A DNA stretch of 64,000 bases from Anaerolineae bacterium (GTDB lineage: Bacteria > Chloroflexota > Anaerolineae > UBA1429). Every line of letters begins with the position of its first letter. The first letter of the stretch is position 1. Below the pieces are notes generated by a model that did no database searches, had not been told where the DNA came from, and saw only the letters and a program-made list of their open reading frames with translations. Made by a program: the position numbers and the translations under genes. Shown piece after piece: positions 58,201-64,000 of this stretch. The stretch covers positions 1,344,001-1,408,000 of the forward strand of contig OY776562.1 in assembly GCA_963675785.1 (NCBI GenBank). The letters are read 5' to 3'.

Positions 58201-58944
58201 GCAAACGCAGACTCGGCGAAAATAGCCTGGCACGGTTACCTGCATGGCACCGTACTCGGCTTTCTTGAAGACGAGATACTGCCACATTATCAATCGGCAT
58301 TCGCCCACCTGTCCGAACTCCCAAAACCTCTCCAAAAGCTATTCAGCAAACACATCGCACTCATTGTAGTACATGCAAAGAGCAATCCCGTATGCGAAGA
58401 TCATGCCTGGCTGTCTGACTTTATTGAGAAAGCAACACCGGATGGACGCACATTCTTTGCCAGAGCAGTCACTGAGGCCTTGTATGCGGTGGAAGTACCT
58501 CAGCGTGCGACAGTCTGGACTGAGCGGCTTTCTCCGTATTGGGATCACCGCAACAGCGGGTTCCCTCCTGCCCTAACCGATGATGAGAAGCAAGATATGG
58601 TGCGCTGGGTGTTTCCCCTTGAATCCAACTTTGAAGAGGTAGTGCGAGCTATTTGCATGACCACCGCACCAAACATGCCTCACAGAGGCGATATCTATCA
58701 AAAGCTACTTCAGGAAGGATTCTGCGAGAATCACCCTCGGGCCACAGCACAACTCGTCGGCCATCTTTTGCAGTCAGCCACCGTCATCTATGACTCTCGC
58801 CCCTTTGAGGAAATGATTCACACCCTCCACAACAACGGTGCTGACCTCGCTGACCTTCAAGTGATATGCAGCCGGCTCTGTCATCTAGACTATCCCAAAG
58901 CTCTAGAACTAGCAGACAGCTTGAAAGGTCCCGAAGCCACTTAG
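55288..58944 (+). CDS. Defence-associated sirtuin, Dsr1-like (SIR2_2 NADase domain plus a long helical C-terminus)
   Basis: FAGSGVS, VTTNLD, YLHGS, DFGRAY..GWA and FVGYS; no Zn-binding insert; 1218 aa. Confidence 0.8.
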   Translation: MHITNEVDLPDELIQAQREGKLVIFAGSGVSKGPPANLPNFQELVDEIDPTRGNRKDYDRFLGEREDAGVPIREKTRQILGKKDIPFTPLHLALLQLFPNPEQVRIVTTNLDRLFSDAAEQAFDTSLDTYYAPALPLGREFHGLVYLHGSVDKDNSRMVLTDKDFGRAYITDGWATSFLCTLFATYAVLFVGYSHKDIVMQYLARGLAPQTKPRFALTNSLNEKLAVAENNAYWNHMRIKPVFYPCDESIGHIELTNAMQAWAKQIHMGALDHARRVQQLVTMSAIDDKSTWPSLVPEEEDYLDIALRTEDRVIHFVRKADNLAWLNWVASRRWFPKLFEPAPEKDSKDNPLPNLPPKAEEQLAQWLAHTYLSRMPGELVAILRAQQQQNRTLGHQLWHALALELGSTPSLDAMSKTVLISLLLDTSQPGWDTQRLVWTLEECRYPEDRDTALILFDYLTAPHAKLTQSYFENTSKNSALSRTDIDLALAGDEYALNEAWQNYFLPHLDETASIIEPIVTTNLLKAHVILQGAGKARENSDPISYRRDKIASTREEQPYFRESIDILIDAARDIIEALLHTNSSRAEAVIDAWANSEAMLLRRLAVHGVEKSDRTAEEKIDWILNRDLLYQPGLKSEVFSLLGIAFPSASPEAQKHLLATIDRGPHCEHVHPSQQKASDRKHYELLVWLDRHLPGHVLVTEQLENIKTRHPDFIPPKHPEYNGLRIEVENGKIISPFSSNQLYAMQPGDIVDALPNFPKVGWDEPDQEGLLREITAATTEKFNFGLALAQTLVEHEDWNSSIWQALLRGLEKANLNTEQWTQILDLLSHIQEPHASAKEIANLLLAGARNDPSFSSIQLDQVEGISDRIFESAKRDNSAITDDDLGFVALNHTCGTIAQLWMQTLFSRRRFAKDTWQGLPQSYKKRFKDILSGDSLGAGFAFIMLMQALAQIAQLDTEWTRTNLLPLLDWSANADSAKIAWHGYLHGTVLGFLEDEILPHYQSAFAHLSELPKPLQKLFSKHIALIVVHAKSNPVCEDHAWLSDFIEKATPDGRTFFARAVTEALYAVEVPQRATVWTERLSPYWDHRNSGFPPALTDDEKQDMVRWVFPLESNFEEVVRAICMTTAPNMPHRGDIYQKLLQEGFCENHPRATAQLVGHLLQSATVIYDSRPFEEMIHTLHNNGADLADLQVICSRLCHLDYPKALELADSLKGPEAT

Positions 58945-58982
58945 GTCCCTTCATCACCCACAGCCTCCGACAGCAATCCCAG

Positions 58983-59013
58983 CCTAGGGACAATCCGGTG
59001 GATTGTCCCTAGG
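58983..59013. repeat. Perfect 14-bp inverted repeat (REP-like)
   Basis: CCTAGGGACAATCC-ggt-GGATTGTCCCTAGG. Confidence 0.6.
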
Positions 59014-59212
59014 GTTTGCAAGGATAGCACGAGGGTTTAGCCTCGTGTGTCTCCGCCAATCCCAGTCTAATCGGACGTTCCTTCACCAGCCAACCTGTCC
59101 GCAGGACACCGAATCCTAGGCCGCACCGCAGGTCGTGCATGTCTCAACCTAACCTCCCAACAACAAAAAATAAGCCGCGAGAGCCTTCGCCCTCGCGGCC
59201 TTGCCTTGCCTT

Positions 59213-60730
59213 CTACTTTAGCACCAGTGGCACATACACACGGAACGTGCTCGGTACCGTCGCCGTCGCCGTCGCCGTCGCGGTGGCTGTAGCCGTCGCA
59301 GTTGCTGTTGCTGTCGCGGTTGCTGTTGCTGTCGGCGTCGGGGGCACACTCCCGTACTCGTACGCCCCAATATCCACCCGACCGCCAGTCACGCGCGCAT
59401 ACCCCACACCACGCTGGTCATAAGCCGGCACACTACTCACCGCCGGATCACCTGTGTCGATAGCCGGGCTGCCCACCAGCAGCGCATGTGTCCTGGTAGA
59501 GCCGCCATTGTCTGCCAGCGCGCCCAGCAGTGGGTCTTGCCCGGTAATGTCTCCCGTACTGCTAAACGTGCAGTTGCCCACACTTTCCACCAGGTTGTAC
59601 CCCAGCGAAGTCACCGGGGCCGTTCCCCACTTCATACAATCGTCATAGGTCGAGTCCAAGCGGTCCTCGTTATTGGCGATGATCGTATCCTGCAAAAACA
59701 CTGTAGCGCCGCTCTGATAGGCAAAAAGGCCGCCGCCACCACCCGAACTCTCACCAACGCTGGACACGTTATCTACGACGGTTGAATGGGTTATGGTGAA
59801 GGGGATACGGGTATTGATTCCCCCGCCATAGCTGCCCGCCTCATTACCGCTGATGGTGCAATTCTCCATCACAACCGACTCGCCACTCGCAAAGAAAAAC
59901 CCGCCGCCCTCAGTATCGGCAATATTGTCAGCCACCAGGCTGTTGGTAATAAAGACACTCGGCGCGCCCGCACTATAGAGGCCGCCGCCAGAACCGTTAC
60001 TACTATTGCCAACAATCTCGCTGCCATCCATGACCAGCGCAGTATCTTGAATCCAAAGGCCAGCGCCGCTGTTTGTGCTGGTGTTGTATCCAACCAAGCT
60101 GTTGGTGAGATTCAAAACGCAGTCATAGGTATAGACGCCAGCGCCTTGGCCAGCAGTGTTACTGATGACCTGGGTATTGATCAAGGTCACATCGCTGCGC
60201 CAGGCCGATATCCCACCGCCGCTGCTGGAGCTGTCTACAGAGTTTTCAGAAAGCACCACATTCTCCAGCGTCAGGTCAGTACCATCGACATAGATGGCGC
60301 CGCGAACAGCCCCCTGGCTCACAGTCAGGGATTCGATGTGGACTTGATCGTTTGAACGCACATCAAAGACCCGATTATTAAGGAACGAGGCATCGATGAT
60401 CGTTTCCTCGGCGCCCTGCCCCACTAGATTCAGTGGTGCGAGCACATCCAGGTCGCCCGCTGCAGCGAAATCCTCATCACCCACCAGCGTCAGCACATAG
60501 GTGCCGGCGGCCAGGGTAATCGTGTCGACGCCAGGCGTGGCGTTAGCCGCAATGATGGCTTCGCGCAGTGAACAATCGCCATCACAGACGCCATCGTTCG
60601 TATCGGTGAATTTGGTCACGGTAAAATCATCGGCCCGTGCCGTGCCGCCAGGCAATCCTGGCCAAACGAACACGAGTAAAGCAGCGGTGAGAACACACAG
60701 GAATGGTGTAAAGCGTAGTTTGTTGCGCAT
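59213..60730 (-). CDS. Secreted CSLREA / beta-helix / choice-of-anchor Q protein with a (TA)n linker
   Basis: Signal peptide, CSLREAI, GGG-I/L repeats, LADNGG.T.THAL...DQRG...DIGAYE and C-terminal VYVPLVLK. Confidence 0.88.
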   Translation of the reverse strand: MRNKLRFTPFLCVLTAALLVFVWPGLPGGTARADDFTVTKFTDTNDGVCDGDCSLREAIIAANATPGVDTITLAAGTYVLTLVGDEDFAAAGDLDVLAPLNLVGQGAEETIIDASFLNNRVFDVRSNDQVHIESLTVSQGAVRGAIYVDGTDLTLENVVLSENSVDSSSSGGGISAWRSDVTLINTQVISNTAGQGAGVYTYDCVLNLTNSLVGYNTSTNSGAGLWIQDTALVMDGSEIVGNSSNGSGGGLYSAGAPSVFITNSLVADNIADTEGGGFFFASGESVVMENCTISGNEAGSYGGGINTRIPFTITHSTVVDNVSSVGESSGGGGGLFAYQSGATVFLQDTIIANNEDRLDSTYDDCMKWGTAPVTSLGYNLVESVGNCTFSSTGDITGQDPLLGALADNGGSTRTHALLVGSPAIDTGDPAVSSVPAYDQRGVGYARVTGGRVDIGAYEYGSVPPTPTATATATATATATATATATATATATVPSTFRVYVPLVLK

Positions 60731-61123
60731 TTAGCTCCCAATCTTCTTCTCATCGGTGTAGCTGGCAAGTTTCGTCGAGGGGCTTTTAGCAGGCGCAACA
60801 AAACATCTCCCGCCTGCCAGGCCGCTATTGCGCAGTCTAGAGGAATATGGGCAGATACACAAGAGGAAAAGGGGGGAGATTTCCATATTGAGGGGAATAG
60901 TAGGTAGATTATTCGTAACAAAATGCTTATTACAAGTCAGACCATAACATAATGTCACCGGCCAGCCAATGGGGTCACTACACAACTCCTCATCCATATA
61001 ACTCACCTGCAGATAAAGACTAATTTTACCAGCATAAAACAGCAAGTCAGTGGAATATAAAAATGGGGAGCGCCTTTAATTAACGGCTCTCCCCGACTCG
61101 TTTCATCTCGGAGCTCTGTATAC

Positions 61124-62554
61124 TTACTTGAGAACCAACGGCACAAAGACATTCACCCAGGCTTCATAGGCGCCAATGTCCACCCGGCCATCGATCACCC
61201 GCCCAAAGCCAGTTCCGCGCTGATCATAGAGCGGCGTACTGCTCACCGCCGGATTCCCCGCGTTGCGCGCCGGGCTGCTCGCCAACAGAGCATGTGTCCA
61301 AGAAGTCCCACCGTTATCCTGCAGCGCACCCAGCAGCGGGTCTTGCCCGGTTATATCGCCCGTGCTGCTAAACGTGCAGTTGCCCACATTCTCCACCAGG
61401 TTGTAGCCCAACGAGGTGACGGTAGCCGCTCCCCACTTGACGCAATCGTCATAGATCGGGTTTAGAATGCTCACATTATTGGCGATAATTGTATCCTGCA
61501 GGTACACATTGGCGGGTTGGTAGGCAAACAACCCGCCGCAATAGCCGCTCACCTCATTCACACTGGCAACGTTATTGACAATGGTCGAATGGGTAATCGT
61601 CATGGGCATGCGCACCTCAATACCGCCCGCATAGCCCCCAGCCTCGTTACCGCTGATGGTGCAGTTCACGATACTGGCCCCACTCCCCTCATCCGCCATG
61701 ATACCGCCCACCTCGGCGTAATCCCCCACAGCCGTATTATTGGCCACCAGGCAACTATCCAGAATCAGCCTCTCCCCTGGTGACCTGAAACTAAGTCCAC
61801 CAGTATGAGGCGCAGTATTGCCCACAATGCTGCAGCGCGTGAGGCTTGTGGGTGCATCGTACACATAGATGCCCCCTACCGACTCGGTAGCAGTGTTGTC
61901 CGAGACCTCACAATCCACCATGGTCAGTTCGCCACCGTAAACATAAATGCCGCCGCCCTGACTGCCTGTATTGCCCACCACTTCGCTATTGGTTAGGGTC
62001 ACCGTACTCTCATAGGCATAGAGCCCGCCCCCTGAATGGCTCGTGCCGGGGTCGTTATTCGTCAGCGACACATCATCCAGGGTCAAAGTCAGCCTGTCGC
62101 AGGCAATGCCACCACCGTGCGTAGCCGCACTCGTAACCCCCGTGATGGTCAACCCCGACATGCTCACCGTCGTAGCCGAGATCAATAGATTGAAAACACG
62201 ATCACCAAGTGCCGAAGCATCGATGATCGTTTCCTCGGCGCCCTGCCCCACCAGGTTCAGTGGTGCACGCACATCCAGATCGCCCGCTGCAGCGAAATCC
62301 TCATCGCCCACCAGCGACAGGGAAAACGTGCCGCTGGGCAGCGTAATCGTATCGATGCCGGGCGTGGCGTTGGCCGCAACAATGGCCTCGCGCAGCGAGC
62401 AATCGCCATCACAGACGCCGTCGTTCGTATCGGTGAACTTGGTCACAATGAGGGTGTCCGCTTGAACTGCACTGCCCGGCCAAGCCAGGCTTCCCAGCAG
62501 CAATAACGTAGCGGCGAATACGTACACTAGTGAATAAGGTGGCCTGTTGCGCAT
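61124..62554 (-). CDS. Secreted CSLREA / choice-of-anchor Q protein (tandem paralogue)
   Basis: Same motifs as the neighbour; C-terminal VFVPLVLK. Confidence 0.88.
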   Translation of the reverse strand: MRNRPPYSLVYVFAATLLLLGSLAWPGSAVQADTLIVTKFTDTNDGVCDGDCSLREAIVAANATPGIDTITLPSGTFSLSLVGDEDFAAAGDLDVRAPLNLVGQGAEETIIDASALGDRVFNLLISATTVSMSGLTITGVTSAATHGGGIACDRLTLTLDDVSLTNNDPGTSHSGGGLYAYESTVTLTNSEVVGNTGSQGGGIYVYGGELTMVDCEVSDNTATESVGGIYVYDAPTSLTRCSIVGNTAPHTGGLSFRSPGERLILDSCLVANNTAVGDYAEVGGIMADEGSGASIVNCTISGNEAGGYAGGIEVRMPMTITHSTIVNNVASVNEVSGYCGGLFAYQPANVYLQDTIIANNVSILNPIYDDCVKWGAATVTSLGYNLVENVGNCTFSSTGDITGQDPLLGALQDNGGTSWTHALLASSPARNAGNPAVSSTPLYDQRGTGFGRVIDGRVDIGAYEAWVNVFVPLVLK

Positions 62555-62736
62555 CTGGTTCCCTCCCAAATCGTCTTCTAAAAAGGCGAAACAGTTGAGC
62601 AGTACACCAGGGCAGCAAAAATCTCCCGCCTGCCAGTTGGTTATGTACAGTCTAAAAGATTATCAAGGCACTAGCAAGAGGAAGTGCACAAAAAAAGCGC
62701 CGCAAGAGTCTCCCCTTACGGCGCTATACAATTCCT

Positions 62737-63054
62737 CTATGAAGCGTTCCGTAATATCATCGGCACGTAAATCCAGTACACTTCCTCTGGCTCAGCCACC
62801 GAACGCAGCCAAAAGCCGCCCGACAGCGTGTACGCGCCACCTCCCCAGCTAACAGCATCGGGCTGTCCTGCTGTGCCGCGTAAAGTGTAGATGCCCCCGC
62901 TTAGCGTATCTCCACTACCATCTATATTCCGCCAGGAGAGATCATACATAGGTGTCGCCGTCGGCACAATATCCGCCAGTACAGGCACACTCAGCACCAG
63001 GCCAATGAGGAGCAGGGCCAGCAACAGCCCAAACCGCTCTGCACACTGTGTCAT
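62737..63054 (-). CDS. Small secreted protein
   Basis: Signal peptide, W..IDG.G..SGG.Y.L.GT.GQPDA...GGFW and C-terminal IYVPMILR. Confidence 0.75.
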   Translation of the reverse strand: MTQCAERFGLLLALLLIGLVLSVPVLADIVPTATPMYDLSWRNIDGSGDTLSGGIYTLRGTAGQPDAVSWGGGAYTLSGGFWLRSVAEPEEVYWIYVPMILRNAS

Positions 63055-63066
63055 CGCTGCCTCCTC

Positions 63067-64000
63067 TCACCAGGTAACCGTCGCTACAACATCTTCGTGT
63101 GTAGACGTCAGAACCAGCTTGTATTCGTTGACGTTGGGGCAGGAGAGTGTAATGGAGGTGCCGACTGTAATGACTGTATCGGTCGAATTGAGCAATGCCG
63201 TGCCATGAACAGCGGTTCCATCGCCCGCCATCCCCACCCAGGCTATACGATAGTCATTCTCCGCAATAGAAAGCCAGGCCACATTGTCAGGGGTGCCAAA
63301 TACCTCGCCAATAGTAATCTGGCAGGTTTGAAAATGCGGGATGGTTATATCTGCACTTCCTCCCGGATAGGTGACAACATATCGAGCGACGCGGGCCATA
63401 TTGGCGGCGTGCAGGTTATCCACCGTATCAGCATTCCCGGCTGTAGTAGCTGTAGTTGCAGTAGTTGCAGTGTTTGCCGCAAGCGCAGTGGTGGCCGTAG
63501 TCGCAAGCGTAGCAGTAATTGCCGTATCTGCTGTAAGCGCGGTTGTCGCTGTATTCGCTGTCAGTGCCGTCGTCGCCGTGGCCGCTGTATCGCATGTGCC
63601 CGCCGAAAGGCTATACAACGCATAGGGTGAGGCAACAAGCTCTTGACGCCCCAGATTGGCAAAGCTCGCATCACTCGACCCCTTGGCCTGAATCCCCAAC
63701 CACCTGATCTCGTCGGTAAAGGCGCCGCTGCCAAAGTTCAGGTTGACCGAGAACAGCCCGTCTGTCACTGTCACCGTGGTCGAGATGGGCGTCCCGATCA
63801 TATTGCCGCCGATTGCCGAGTCGTACAGGCTAAAGATCATGCTGCATTCGTCAGTGACTGGTTCGCCACTGGCCAACAATTGGCCCTGATAGTTAAAGGC
63901 CGTGCTTAGCGCACTCGCCTGCACATCGATTGCTTCAGTCGCATTCCCCTCTTGGGCGCTAGCCCCACCGCCAAAAAGCGCCATGCACAGGGCCAACACC
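63067..64000 (-). CDS. Secreted protein with an FxYQG domain and A/T-rich fibre-like repeats (5' end outside the window)
   Basis: FNYQGQL...DGLFSV.L.FG...PYALYS followed by (ATTA)n and ADTVDNLHA. Confidence 0.7.
   Translation of the reverse strand, partial: VLALCMALFGGGASAQEGNATEAIDVQASALSTAFNYQGQLLASGEPVTDECSMIFSLYDSAIGGNMIGTPISTTVTVTDGLFSVNLNFGSGAFTDEIRWLGIQAKGSSDASFANLGRQELVASPYALYSLSAGTCDTAATATTALTANTATTALTADTAITATLATTATTALAANTATTATTATTAGNADTVDNLHAANMARVARYVVTYPGGSADITIPHFQTCQITIGEVFGTPDNVAWLSIAENDYRIAWVGMAGDGTAVHGTALLNSTDTVITVGTSITLSCPNVNEYKLVLTSTHEDVVATVTW

Noticed and set aside
59255-59340. (TA)n-encoding repeat as a phase-variable microsatellite
   Set aside because: The codons are varied and in frame; it is an ordinary Thr/Ala linker

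Overview
A bacterial chromosomal window, most consistent with Chloroflexota (Anaerolineae-like). The basis is the C-terminal x(Y/F)xPL(V/I)LK tails, CSLREA/choice-of-anchor proteins, a small SWIM protein and a Gram-positive-type LexA box; the taxonomy is inference. Housekeeping content includes selB in a cell-envelope operon, acpS, a pyrC-pyrB-pyrF/E-pyrD-pyrK operon, aldo/keto reductases and carbohydrate enzymes. Accessory and defence loci are interspersed: (i) a WYL regulator gene fused directly to a type I-C CRISPR repeat, which looks like the scar of a deleted CRISPR-Cas locus; (ii) a tightly coupled four-gene NurA-like nuclease / HerA-like ATPase / GHKL(MORC-like) ATPase / B12-type radical SAM operon, which I do not recognise as a named system and which is the best candidate for a novel system; (iii) a type IIG-like restriction-modification fusion followed by an AlbA_2 protein; (iv) a HigB/HigA-ImmA toxin-antitoxin pair; (v) a Dsr1-like sirtuin. 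Several regulatory elements are readable directly: consensus promoters, a leader-peptide attenuator candidate, pyr attenuator candidates and an SOS box. I recognised no tRNA, rRNA, integrase or transposase. All family assignments come from motif recognition by eye, not from database searches.
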